A stretch of DNA of 64,000 bases from positions 1-64,000 of the forward strand of contig JBGSVZ010000031.1 of NCBI GenBank assembly GCA_041752695.1. Reading direction: 5' to 3'. The notes under the pieces are model-generated. The model saw only the letters and a program-made list of their open reading frames with translations. It did no database searches and had not been told where the DNA came from. Below are positions 49,065 through 58,249 of the stretch, piece after piece (positions within the stretch are counted from its first letter, which is position 1; each line of letters begins with the position of its first letter). This DNA comes from Terrimicrobiaceae bacterium (GTDB lineage: Bacteria > Verrucomicrobiota > Verrucomicrobiia > Chthoniobacterales > Terrimicrobiaceae). Position numbers and translations under genes: made by a program.

Positions 49065-49526
49065 ATGAAACGGACTTCCCGCAGCACCAAGCTTACCGGT
49101 AGATCCAAGATTCTTTGGTGCCAATTTTCTCCTCTCTATCCGCGGTGCTCCCCTGTCAAAAGTCGGCCGGCAGCCTTTAGTTTGGTCGAGCTCTTGGTGG
49201 TTATTGCGGTAATAGCCATCATTGCCGCCATAGCCATCCCCAATGTGGCGAACATCACGCAGTCAGCGGATGCTGCCAAGGCTCGCCGGAACGCGCAAAC
49301 CGTCGCTGCGACCTACAATGCGGCGATTGCAGCCGGTATGGCGACCACTGCTGCGACCGATTTGTCTGGCGCGATTGACGTCATCACGGCCGGGACAAAC
49401 ATCGGAGTGGGTAATACGACCCATTTTTATTCAGTGGATGGGTTGAGCCCGGAGGAAAGCGTCAAGGCACAAGCCTTTCTCTCTTTTTCCAATGGCTTGG
49501 TTGTGCTCCAGCCGTACGAAAACTGA
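49065..49526 (+). CDS. Type IV pilin, paralog of 48556..48945 (start uncertain)
   Basis: AA|FSLVELLVVIAVIAIIAAIAIPN; shares TYNAAIAAG, GNTT and VDGLS. Confidence 0.85.
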   Translation: MKRTSRSTKLTGRSKILWCQFSPLYPRCSPVKSRPAAFSLVELLVVIAVIAIIAAIAIPNVANITQSADAAKARRNAQTVAATYNAAIAAGMATTAATDLSGAIDVITAGTNIGVGNTTHFYSVDGLSPEESVKAQAFLSFSNGLVVLQPYEN

Positions 49527-49600
49527 CAAGCGCCTCAAGAAAGTCGGGCCGCTCAGCGTCTCAGCGCGAGCGAGTTCGGTCGGAAAACTTTCTCTTTGAC

Positions 49601-49628
49601 TTGCGTTTGCCTGGCGATCTAGTAAAAT
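49601..49628 (+). promoter_or_regulatory. Candidate sigma70 promoter for pilin 3-5 and pilB
   Basis: TTGCGT-N16-TAAAAT ending 9 nt before the ATG at 49638. Confidence 0.35.
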
Positions 49629-49637
49629 ACCTGAGGT

Positions 49638-50087
49638 ATGAAAAGCACCCGATGGCTTGGCGATTCTTTACGCGCTTTCAAGCGAGCCTCCAAGGGTTTC
49701 ACGCTTGTGGAGATGCTTCTCGTCATTGCAGTGATCAGCGTCATGAGTGCTTTGGTTATTTCGGCCGTCTCCAATTCTGCAGCGGACACCAGGACGATCG
49801 TCGCCAGACAGCAGCAGGCTGTCTTGCAAGAAGCGCTTAACGCCTGGGTCGCATCCGCCTCTGCCGGCAATTTGGGACTGCAAGCCGCGCGATCAGCCTA
49901 TTCCTCGAATGGGTCTTCCCAGGCCAAGCTGACGCTCATCAGCGGCTACCTGGATTCCGGGACCTACTCGAACTTTACGACAAATGCAGGCGGCGCGATT
50001 CAGAGCGATGCCATGTCAAAAATCGGGAAGTCGCTAACGTTTTCAACTTGGACCAGCAATTCCTACCCCCGAGTGGAAATGCAATAA
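49638..50087 (+). CDS. Type IV pilin-like protein
   Basis: KG|FTLVEMLLVIAVISVMSAL. Confidence 0.88.
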   Translation: MKSTRWLGDSLRAFKRASKGFTLVEMLLVIAVISVMSALVISAVSNSAADTRTIVARQQQAVLQEALNAWVASASAGNLGLQAARSAYSSNGSSQAKLTLISGYLDSGTYSNFTTNAGGAIQSDAMSKIGKSLTFSTWTSNSYPRVEMQ

Positions 50088-50099
50088 TCTGAACGGACT

Positions 50100-50501
50100 A
50101 TGAGCGGCACTAACCCTACAAATCAAAAATCCACGCCGTTTGGCTTTTCGTTCGTGGAGGTGCTTGCCGCGATTGCAATCATCGGGATTATCACGTTTTT
50201 GGCGATCCCGAATCTGATTCGGATCAAACAGGACGGGGAAAATAATCTGGCGATTGCCCGCGCCGAGGCCCTCAATATGGGAATAGCCGCTTATGTGCAG
50301 GCCAATGGCCGGAGTGCCGGCTGGTCTACGAATACCGCCTACACGAGAATCGCGCCTTATTTGGCTTTTGCCCCGACAAATTTCAGCAGCTACATGCCCG
50401 GGGGCTACAGCGTCACGTTTCCGGCTAGTATTTCCAACAGTCTTACCAAAGTGGGGTTGACTGACCCTTACGGGGCGGCTGTTTCTGGATACGGTAACTG
50501 A
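50100..50501 (+). CDS. Type IV pilin-like protein
   Basis: FG|FSFVEVLAAIAIIGIITFLAIPN. Confidence 0.88.
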   Translation: MSGTNPTNQKSTPFGFSFVEVLAAIAIIGIITFLAIPNLIRIKQDGENNLAIARAEALNMGIAAYVQANGRSAGWSTNTAYTRIAPYLAFAPTNFSSYMPGGYSVTFPASISNSLTKVGLTDPYGAAVSGYGN

Positions 50502-50506
50502 ATGAG

Positions 50507-50956
50507 ATGGCGCTTTCTCGTCAAAGCCCTTGCTGGATAGCAGGAAGAAAGTTGTCTGGCGGATTCTCGTTGGTTGAGATCCTCGTTGTGGTCGGAGTGA
50601 TCGCGATCCTTGCGGCAATTTCTATTCCGGTTATAGCGAATGTTACGAGGGGTGCGAATGAGTCAGCTGCCGAGAGCAACCTTGACCACCTCAATCAGGC
50701 CGTCCTGAAATACAATAATTCGATTACGGAACTTACTAATGCCGTGGACAGTGGCATAAGCGATGAGCAGGCGGTGTTTGCTTTGCTTCAAGTCCGGGAC
50801 GCTGCCGTCCCTGGAACGCCATTTTTGCAGGCGGATCTTGGCGCAAACTCCTCTGCTTCGACGAACGTCTACCGTGCCAGATGGAACGGACGCGTGTTTG
50901 AGATCATTACGCCCGGAACCGCGGGAACAGGGGTGAATTTGTCGAATTTGTTTTAG
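50507..50956 (+). CDS. Type IV pilin-like protein
   Basis: GG|FSLVEILVVVGVIAILAAISIP. Confidence 0.88.
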   Translation: MALSRQSPCWIAGRKLSGGFSLVEILVVVGVIAILAAISIPVIANVTRGANESAAESNLDHLNQAVLKYNNSITELTNAVDSGISDEQAVFALLQVRDAAVPGTPFLQADLGANSSASTNVYRARWNGRVFEIITPGTAGTGVNLSNLF

Positions 50957-50959
50957 ACC

Positions 50960-53245
50960 ATGACCGATCGCGAATGGGAGAGATTGACCCGGGATTTTGC
51001 CGGGAGTGGATATCGGGTCGAAGGCCAGCCGGAGGCGGGGCAGGAGCTTCATGTCGTGCTCGCGCAGGCCAATAAAATTCCCTCGGATGAAGCGTTGGAG
51101 TGGGTGGCTGGGGTCTATCAGATGCTGCCGCTGGATCCGTCACGCACCTCGTGTTCGACGCATGCGGAGGCGCTTTTTCGCAGGATTGCGGTGGACTGTG
51201 AGGCGGAGGAGCCTTGGATGCCGCTGGGTAATGTCGGGCCCCTTTTGGTGTTTGCGCATTACAACCCCGCCTGCGTGGAGTTCTGGCAGGTGCCGGTGGA
51301 TTTTGTCGTCCCCGTTCTGATCCCGAGGGCGAAATATGATCTCCTCAAAAAGGATATCCGGGAGAGGCTGAATTTTAAACCCCTTGAGCCCAAGGAGCCG
51401 CACTCCCTCAAGCGCCCTGTCCCCAGGGGGGAGGGACTGCGCAAAGTCCTCGACTGGATGTTGGAAGAGTATCCTTTCGACGACGCCGAAACCAAAGACC
51501 GGCTGCAGGCAGAGCGCGACAAAATCAATGCCGACGAGTTGGGAGACTTGATGGCTTTGAAAAAACTGCCTCGGCAGTTGGGCGTCGCCCTCTATCATCT
51601 CTGCACGGGAGACCCGTGTTTCAACGCAGAATCCGCCCCCGCCCAGACGCTCTTTCCCGAAACGTTGATGGAGAAACATTTCGTCTACCCCATGTATTGC
51701 GGGAAGAAGATTGTTTATCTGCTTTCGACCGAACGGAACAACTTTGCGTTCGAGGACGAATGGCTCTCCAGCGGGCACGACGCGGTGGATTTTCGGACGG
51801 TACTGTGCGAGAAAGAATCGATCGTTGCCGCAATCGCTCGCGACCGCGGCCGGGCGGCTTCCGCCACGGTCGCTGCGACGGAGGGGGAACTGACGTTTTC
51901 CGATGTTGCGAACATCGTGGAAATCGACCCTCAGGATATCCAGAGGATCAATCCGACCAGCATCAATACGACTCCCGAACAGGTGGTGCATTGGGTGCTC
52001 TATCGCGCCATTACGGGGCGCGGGAGCGATCTGCATATTGAGAAATTCTATAACACGGCCCGCTTTCGCGCCCGCATTGACGGGGAACTTAAGGTCATCC
52101 ATTCCTGCCCCGAGGAAATGTTGGCGCGCTATGTTAGTTTGATCAAAAACTACTCCAACATGGGGCAGCGGCGCCAGGATGCGCAGGACGGTCGTTTTTC
52201 CCTCCTCATTGGCAAACGCCGCGTCGATTGTCGTGTGTCGGCCATCCCTTGCCGCAAGGATCTCCAGAAAATCACCATCCGCTTTCTCGACAAACAGGAT
52301 GGGGTGAAAAAGCTCAGCGAGCTCGCCCTTTCCCCGCGCCAGAGCGGGTTACTGGCCGATGCCATGGGCCGCGACCAGGGACTGATGCTCATCACCGGTC
52401 CGACGGGCAGTGGCAAAACGACCACCCTTTACGCTCTGCTCAACAGCATCAATTCCGAAAACATCAACATTCACACCGTTGAGGATCCCATCGAGTACGA
52501 GATCGAGGGGATGAATCAGACGCAGACCGACCCGCACAATAACATCAACTTTGCCGAGGGACTGCGTCGACTGATGCGTGCCGACCCTGATGTCATCCTG
52601 ATCGGGGAGTGTCGTGACGAGGAAACCGCCCTGGCCGCCATCAATGCCGCCCTCACCGGACACCTTGTGCTGACGACCTTGCACGCCAATGACTGTCTGC
52701 GTGCCGTGAGTCGGTTGGTGGCCATGAACGTGCCTCCCTATCTGCTGGCGGATTCGCTGGCCCTGACCCAGGCGCAAAGGCTGGTTCGCCGCCTTTGTAC
52801 GTATTGTAAAAAGCCGGCGCTGATTACGCCGGAAATTCGTGGAATCTTCCGGCGCAACCAAGTCACCATTCCTGCCGAAACGGAGTTTATTTACAATCGG
52901 TCCGGTTGTTCGGAGTGCAACGAAGTCGGATATATGGGGCGTCTTGCGTTGATGGAACTTTGCGCGTCCGACAACGAGTTGGCCGATCTCATTGCCCGCA
53001 ATGCCTCGATCGGCGATCTGCGCCGGAATGCGTTTAGCCGGGGGATGCTCACTCTTTACCAGGAGGGCCTCCAGAAGGTCGCTGGCGGGGGCACTTCGAT
53101 GGATGAAATCGCCTGCCTCAGCTACACGGCGGTGACACCGGAGTGCACTTCGGATGAAGAGCCGCCGGCCGGAAAAATCGTGGGCATGCCAGTGGATGCC
53201 GTCCCCGCCGCGCGGGAGCTCGAGGCCGCCGGCGACCCGAAGTAA
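50960..53245 (+). CDS. pilB: PilB/GspE extension ATPase with long N-terminal region
   Basis: GSDLHIE, QDGRF, GPTGSGKTTT, EDPIEY, MRADPDVILIGECRD, TGHLVLTTLH, CTYC/CSEC. Confidence 0.9.
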   Translation: MTDREWERLTRDFAGSGYRVEGQPEAGQELHVVLAQANKIPSDEALEWVAGVYQMLPLDPSRTSCSTHAEALFRRIAVDCEAEEPWMPLGNVGPLLVFAHYNPACVEFWQVPVDFVVPVLIPRAKYDLLKKDIRERLNFKPLEPKEPHSLKRPVPRGEGLRKVLDWMLEEYPFDDAETKDRLQAERDKINADELGDLMALKKLPRQLGVALYHLCTGDPCFNAESAPAQTLFPETLMEKHFVYPMYCGKKIVYLLSTERNNFAFEDEWLSSGHDAVDFRTVLCEKESIVAAIARDRGRAASATVAATEGELTFSDVANIVEIDPQDIQRINPTSINTTPEQVVHWVLYRAITGRGSDLHIEKFYNTARFRARIDGELKVIHSCPEEMLARYVSLIKNYSNMGQRRQDAQDGRFSLLIGKRRVDCRVSAIPCRKDLQKITIRFLDKQDGVKKLSELALSPRQSGLLADAMGRDQGLMLITGPTGSGKTTTLYALLNSINSENINIHTVEDPIEYEIEGMNQTQTDPHNNINFAEGLRRLMRADPDVILIGECRDEETALAAINAALTGHLVLTTLHANDCLRAVSRLVAMNVPPYLLADSLALTQAQRLVRRLCTYCKKPALITPEIRGIFRRNQVTIPAETEFIYNRSGCSECNEVGYMGRLALMELCASDNELADLIARNASIGDLRRNAFSRGMLTLYQEGLQKVAGGGTSMDEIACLSYTAVTPECTSDEEPPAGKIVGMPVDAVPAARELEAAGDPK

Positions 53246-53250
53246 GGGTG

Positions 53251-55320
53251 TTATTTCAGTCCTTCGAGGATCTTCTGCAGCAGAGAATCCGCGGGGTTTT
53301 TACTGTCGCTGCTTAGCTCCCAAAACATGACCCCTCCGAGGGAACGGTCCCGTATCATTTGGGTTTTGTGCCCAAGACTTTCCGTGTCCTCGTACGTCAC
53401 AAATGTGCCCCCGTTTTCCGTGGCCGCGTAGAGCCAGGGGACTTTGGCGGAGCTGTCCCAAAATCGTTGGTACACGCCGGGCCGCGAGGTGAGGCGATTC
53501 AGGATGTCCCGGTATTCCCACTCCATATCGGGCGGATAAGTGCCGGGTAAACCTCCACGGGATGGCTGGCGGAGCCCGTTGTTGGTGGGGCCGACGCCTT
53601 TCCAGGCTCGCCCGTAAAAGGGAACGCCAATCACAAGCTTGCTGGGAGTGAAGCCGGAGGCCAGGTAGGTCGCCACCGCAGCCTCCACCGAAAGGGGGTT
53701 ACCGGGCGCGGCTCGGAGGCCGGCGTGGTGACCGGTGGTGTTTTCCCAGTCTCCATGGAGATCGTAGGACATGAGGTTGACCCAATCGCAAACGGCCGAA
53801 ATGTTTACCAGTTCGAAATTGGCAATATTGCCAGGGCCGGCGGGGGCCGCGATGCTGAGATAATATTTTTTGCCGTCGCTGGCCGCGGCCGCGTCGAGCT
53901 GCCGGCGGAGTTCGCGCAGAAGAAGGGTGTAGTTTTGTTTATCCTGCGGCCGTACTTTGTTGGAACCGAGTCCTCCGCCCACCGGGTATTCCCAGTCGAT
54001 GTCCACGCCGTCAAAGCCGTATTTTTTGACGAAGGCCACGGCGGAACGGGCGAACTTGTCCCGCGAACTTGGAGTAAGGGCAATGTCGGAAAATTCCCCG
54101 GAAAGGGTCCACCCGCCGATCGAAATCATCGTGATGAGATGGGGATTGGCCTGTTTCAGTTTCAGGAGCTGATGGAAATTTCCGAGGAGGGGCTGGCTCG
54201 TCAGATCTCCCGGGTAGGGCCGCTGCACGGCGGCCCATTCGTCAAACAAGACCACGTCTCCGGCACTGGTGGGTTTTGCGAACGCATAGTTGATCACATT
54301 GAGCTTGGACGCGGGAATGTCCGCCACATGGTAGTTTTTCTGGTAGATGCCCCACTCGACGAAATACCCCACGATCTTCTTTCCACTCAACTTTGGGCCT
54401 CCGGTTGGGGGAGGAGTTGGGGATGGCGTGGGCATGGGGGGAGTTGGGGATGGCGTGGGCATGGGGGGAGTCGCCGACGGAAGGGGAGTTGCGGTGGGTG
54501 TGGGCGTTGAGGAGGGTGTGGGACTTGGAGTCGGAGCACCCTGGACCGTAAGGACGATCTTCTGTGGCGAAACTTTGACATTACCGGGACTGCCGAGAAA
54601 CCCAAACGACACCGTGGCTCCCGGTGCGATGCCAGAGTTCCACGTCATCGGTGTGGCCGTGTAGCGTCCTCCCTGCCCCTGCACAGAGGCGTCCCAGGCG
54701 CTGGAAATGACCGGACCGAAATCGAATTCCAATCGCCAGTTGGTGAGGGTTTGTGAGCCAGTGTTGGTGAGTTTGAACTCACCCTGGAAGCCGGAAATCC
54801 AGTCCTGTGTGACCGTGAAGTTGACCCTCACGGAGCCGGATTGCACGGTGACGTTCGGGTTGCCGGAGGGGGTTGGTGCCGGAGTCGGGGACGGGCTTGG
54901 AGTAGGAGTAGGGGTTGGAGTAGGGGTTGGGGATTCGGAAGCGTCGCGGAGGACGAAGTCCGTGGGGAGGGTTTTGAGGTTGCCGGGCTGGGCAACAAAG
55001 CCGAAGGAGGCTTTCCCTCCAGGCGGGAGAGATCGGTTCCAGGAGGCACCGCGGATGACGTTTTTGGCACCCGTTCGACCAACCACCGAGGCATTCCAGA
55101 TGCTGGTGATCTGTGGCAGCATGGAAAACTCCAGTCGCCAATCGGTGAGAGTTTTTTCCGACGTGTTTGTGACGACAATCTCGGCTTGAAACCCCGTTTT
55201 CCAGTCGCTCGTTACCCGCATGGTTGCCCCCGCATAAATCTCCGGTGAGGAAAGAAGGGCCAGGAGGGTAAGTATCCAAGAAAGTCCTTGATGGCGGAGA
55301 GAAGGGGGTCGGCAGGACAT
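53251..55320 (-). CDS. GH18 chitinase with two CBM2 domains and PT linkers
   Basis: FDGVDIDWEYP (DxDxE), SIGGWT, MSYDLHG, GGVMFWELSSD; two CBM2 modules (DW..GFQ, W.LEF, WN..PG...SFGF). Confidence 0.95.
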   Translation of the reverse strand: MSCRPPSLRHQGLSWILTLLALLSSPEIYAGATMRVTSDWKTGFQAEIVVTNTSEKTLTDWRLEFSMLPQITSIWNASVVGRTGAKNVIRGASWNRSLPPGGKASFGFVAQPGNLKTLPTDFVLRDASESPTPTPTPTPTPSPSPTPAPTPSGNPNVTVQSGSVRVNFTVTQDWISGFQGEFKLTNTGSQTLTNWRLEFDFGPVISSAWDASVQGQGGRYTATPMTWNSGIAPGATVSFGFLGSPGNVKVSPQKIVLTVQGAPTPSPTPSSTPTPTATPLPSATPPMPTPSPTPPMPTPSPTPPPTGGPKLSGKKIVGYFVEWGIYQKNYHVADIPASKLNVINYAFAKPTSAGDVVLFDEWAAVQRPYPGDLTSQPLLGNFHQLLKLKQANPHLITMISIGGWTLSGEFSDIALTPSSRDKFARSAVAFVKKYGFDGVDIDWEYPVGGGLGSNKVRPQDKQNYTLLLRELRRQLDAAAASDGKKYYLSIAAPAGPGNIANFELVNISAVCDWVNLMSYDLHGDWENTTGHHAGLRAAPGNPLSVEAAVATYLASGFTPSKLVIGVPFYGRAWKGVGPTNNGLRQPSRGGLPGTYPPDMEWEYRDILNRLTSRPGVYQRFWDSSAKVPWLYAATENGGTFVTYEDTESLGHKTQMIRDRSLGGVMFWELSSDSKNPADSLLQKILEGLK
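54413..54471. repeat. Perfect 27-bp tandem repeat (about 2.2 copies) in the chitinase linker
   Basis: GGAGTTGGGGATGGCGTGGGCATGGGG twice, encoding PPMPTPSPT on the minus strand. Confidence 0.85.
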
Positions 55321-55488
55321 GTGGTGAAGGATTTTAGCGAATCTTACCCGAAGCGGTCCGCTTCCTTCCTGGGAAGTCGATGGAACACCCGGATACTCGA
55401 CGAATCGGCACAGCAACCCGTCGAATGCGCCCTGGTTTTGCTCGCCAGTTCTGCCCCCTATGGCATAACCAGTGGATCCTCGTTAACG

Positions 55489-56136
55489 ATGAAATTTCTC
55501 GTGCTTCTTTTCGCTGCCACGGCCCTGGCTTCCGCCGTCGCCCAGGATCAACCTCAGCCCACCGGTTGGCAACCGGGTCCGCCCGATGGGCCAATGGCAC
55601 CGTCGGATCCCATGGGTGAAGCGCTGGTCGTTCCCCAACCCCAGGGCCCGAATCCGCGGGGTGCAGTGGCCGCGATGTTGGCCATTGACCCCAAATACAC
55701 GGAAGGGATGGTCGTCGTCACCGCCCGGGGCGGAACGCCGGAGCCGAAGGAGTGGCTGGTTGTGGCCCGCGACACGGACGACCTCGGCACGCTGCACAAA
55801 ATTACCGTCGTTAATGGCAATGTGATCTCCGACAGTCTTTCCTTGAACACCTACGAATCCTTCCGTCAGGATGTGAACATCGACCCGCAGCAGGTGCAGG
55901 TGGACTCGGGTGCGGCCTTCATGATCGCCCAGCCCATTGCCGCGGCTAATGGGCAGATTATTGGAAAGGCCGATTATGCGTTGACCGTCCGGGGCAAGGA
56001 CTCCGTGCCGATCTGGACGATTAACTGTTTCGGCATGAACGGATTTTTCATGGGAAAAGTTGTTCTCCTCGCCACCGATGGCACCGTGCTGGAGACGCCG
56101 GGATTCAAAAATCAGCCCACCGTGCCCGGGCCTTAG
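55489..56136 (+). CDS. Secreted hypothetical protein (possibly PepSY-like)
   Basis: Signal peptide MKFLVLLFAATALASAVA-Q; VDSGAAFMIA...PIW.I...V.L.ATDG.V pattern. Confidence 0.6.
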   Translation: MKFLVLLFAATALASAVAQDQPQPTGWQPGPPDGPMAPSDPMGEALVVPQPQGPNPRGAVAAMLAIDPKYTEGMVVVTARGGTPEPKEWLVVARDTDDLGTLHKITVVNGNVISDSLSLNTYESFRQDVNIDPQQVQVDSGAAFMIAQPIAAANGQIIGKADYALTVRGKDSVPIWTINCFGMNGFFMGKVVLLATDGTVLETPGFKNQPTVPGP

Positions 56137-56145
56137 CGGTTCCTT

Positions 56146-57108
56146 TCAGGAAACGAGGATGATCTTCCCCTGGGAATTACCTTCCATCACCAGCCGATGG
56201 GCCTGTGCGGCTTCCGGGAGCGGGAGTTGGCGTGCGATCACGGGGCGAATGCGTCCGGCTGCGAGTTCTTCTCCGAGGGCCTGGTAGGTTGCGGCGCGTT
56301 CCTCCGGGGTGGCCTGTCCGCTGATGAGTCCGCGAATATCCGCCTCGCGCATCATGAGATCGCGGGGATTGATTTCCACGGGCCCACGACTGCCGATCAC
56401 CACCACGCGGCCGCGGGGCGCGAGCAGTTTCAAATCCTCGCCGAGATTCACATTGGCCAGCATTTCCAAAATGCAATGCACCCCGCGGCCCGCGGTCGCG
56501 TCGAGGATGGCCTGGCGGTAAACCGGGTCCGCATGGTTGAAGGCCCGCTCCGCGCCAGCCTCGCCAATCATGGCCAGGCCCTCGTCCGAGCCGGCCGTGC
56601 CGAAGACCCGCAGTCCCGCCGCGTGCGCGAGTTGCACTGCCGCGCTGCCGACCCCGCCGCTCGCACCATGAATGAGGACGGTCTCGCCGGCCTTCACCTC
56701 TCCCCGAATAAACAGCCCCCGCCAGGCCGTCGCGTAGGCCACGCCCATTGCCGCGCCGTGCGTGTAGTCCGCCCCGTCCGGCAGTGGGTGGATTTGCCCG
56801 GCCGAGCACAAGGCCTGCTCGGCATACGTTCCGGTGAGGGAACCCGAAAGGAAGACGCGATCCCCCAGTTTCACCGAGGCGATGCCTGCACCGACCCTCT
56901 CAACTTCGCCGGCTCCCTCTGACCCTGGAGTGTAAGGGAGGATGGGCAGGGCGGGGTATTGGCCGGAGCGGATGTACGTTTCCACCGGATTGACCCCGGT
57001 CGCCCGGAGGCGCACCAGCACCTCGTCGTCTCCCGGCTGGAGCGCAGGCCGTTCTTCGAGCCGCAAAACCTCGGGGCCTCCGAATTCTTTGACAACGATC
57101 GCCTTCAA
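56146..57108 (-). CDS. qor: NADPH:quinone reductase (zeta-crystallin/MDR family)
   Basis: FGGPEVL, GVNPVETYIRSG, LPYTPG, VLIHGASGGVG, GKIIL. Confidence 0.9.
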   Translation of the reverse strand: MKAIVVKEFGGPEVLRLEERPALQPGDDEVLVRLRATGVNPVETYIRSGQYPALPILPYTPGSEGAGEVERVGAGIASVKLGDRVFLSGSLTGTYAEQALCSAGQIHPLPDGADYTHGAAMGVAYATAWRGLFIRGEVKAGETVLIHGASGGVGSAAVQLAHAAGLRVFGTAGSDEGLAMIGEAGAERAFNHADPVYRQAILDATAGRGVHCILEMLANVNLGEDLKLLAPRGRVVVIGSRGPVEINPRDLMMREADIRGLISGQATPEERAATYQALGEELAAGRIRPVIARQLPLPEAAQAHRLVMEGNSQGKIILVS

Positions 57109-57117
57109 AGTGAGCGA

Positions 57118-57615
57118 TTACCCCAGCGCCTGATGAACACCCCACTCGCTGACCAACAGCGGAGGCTGGCCATCGAAAGACGGTTGGTAAAAGAACGCGT
57201 AAGGTTGGTTGCCCGGCATCCAGCCCCGGAGCTCTCGCACCACCTTTTCTTTGACCTTCGGGTCTTTTTCGACATAGGAAAAATAGGCTGCCGGCTTTTC
57301 CTCGACCTTCGTCTTCCGGCGGGGCTCGGGGGATTTTTTCACCGGGACCTCGGGAACTTCCACGCTCCACAAGCTGGCCGGAGCGTTGAGTGCGAGAGCG
57401 CCGGCCAGCTCGGCCGGGGAAAGCGGCGTGTTTGGTCCGCGGCGGCGCTTCACGGCATTGTAGCGGGCGAGGTCGTTGAGAAAACCGACGACCACTTCAA
57501 AATCTCCCCACGGATACGAACACGCCTTTTCGCCAGGAAGCGCGAGGACATTTTGCGCCATGACAGGTTTGCCAAGCAGACGATCCAGCTCAGCCTTGGT
57601 GGAACCGAGAAGCAT
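57118..57615 (-). CDS. Hypothetical protein
   Basis: 165-aa ORF filling the gap, co-oriented with neighbours, stop 9 bp before qor. Confidence 0.55.
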   Translation of the reverse strand: MLLGSTKAELDRLLGKPVMAQNVLALPGEKACSYPWGDFEVVVGFLNDLARYNAVKRRRGPNTPLSPAELAGALALNAPASLWSVEVPEVPVKKSPEPRRKTKVEEKPAAYFSYVEKDPKVKEKVVRELRGWMPGNQPYAFFYQPSFDGQPPLLVSEWGVHQALG

Positions 57616-57712
57616 TTCGGGAAAGCTAAAAGAAGAAAGGCCCGATAGAAAAGGGGAAAAGTTTCCCCAGTTTCCACGCCTTTTAGAGATGAACTTTTGC
57701 CCTCATAGGGCG

Positions 57713-57734
57713 AAACGGGCGGGGCCGCCCGTTT
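57713..57734 (-). terminator. Hairpin after the DUF3597 gene
   Basis: AAACGGGCGG-GG-CCGCCCGTTT overlapping the stop codon. Confidence 0.55.
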
Positions 57735-58155
57735 AGTCGAGGAGATTGGCGGGTACTTTGCCGCCGTTTTCGGAGAACTTTTTGAGCACTTCCTTGTGGA
57801 GCCAGACATTCATCGCGGCAGAGTCGCCGGTGTCGCCCGGGTAGCTCAATTCCTTGGCCAGTTCCTTGCGGGAGGTGAGGCTGCTGTCCATGCCGACAAG
57901 CTTCATTAAATCGACAATGGAACGTTTCCAGTCGAGGTCTTCCGAGTTTTTGGCGGCAAGGCCATCAAGGACGGCGGCGACGTCCACTTTTCTGACCGGT
58001 GTGGGTGGCGCAGCGGCAGGCACCGTAGAGGTGGACACTGGGGAGGACGTGGCCGGGGTGTTCGACACTGAGGGTGAGGCGGTGCCGGTTGAGGATGTGA
58101 TGATAGGCGTGGAGACGCCGAGGACTTTGTCGAGAAGTTTGGAAAAGAGACTCAT
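57733..58155 (-). CDS. DUF3597 domain protein
   Basis: LDWKRSIVDLMKLVGMDSSLTSRKELAKEL.Y.GD..DSAAMNVWLHKEVL...NGGKVP. Confidence 0.9.
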   Translation of the reverse strand: MSLFSKLLDKVLGVSTPIITSSTGTASPSVSNTPATSSPVSTSTVPAAAPPTPVRKVDVAAVLDGLAAKNSEDLDWKRSIVDLMKLVGMDSSLTSRKELAKELSYPGDTGDSAAMNVWLHKEVLKKFSENGGKVPANLLD

Positions 58156-58249
58156 GGGTTGTGTGGAGTTATTTAGTCATCGTTCGTGCGAATGGCCGCG
58201 GGCGGAACGAAATGGCGATTTAAAATTTTCCGGCAACTGAGCAGGCGTT

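Noticed and set aside
48556..50956. Pilin array as a shufflon, pilS-type cassette system or DGR target
   Set aside because: Every copy has its own N-terminal helix, all are co-oriented, and there is no recombinase, reverse transcriptase or long DNA repeat.
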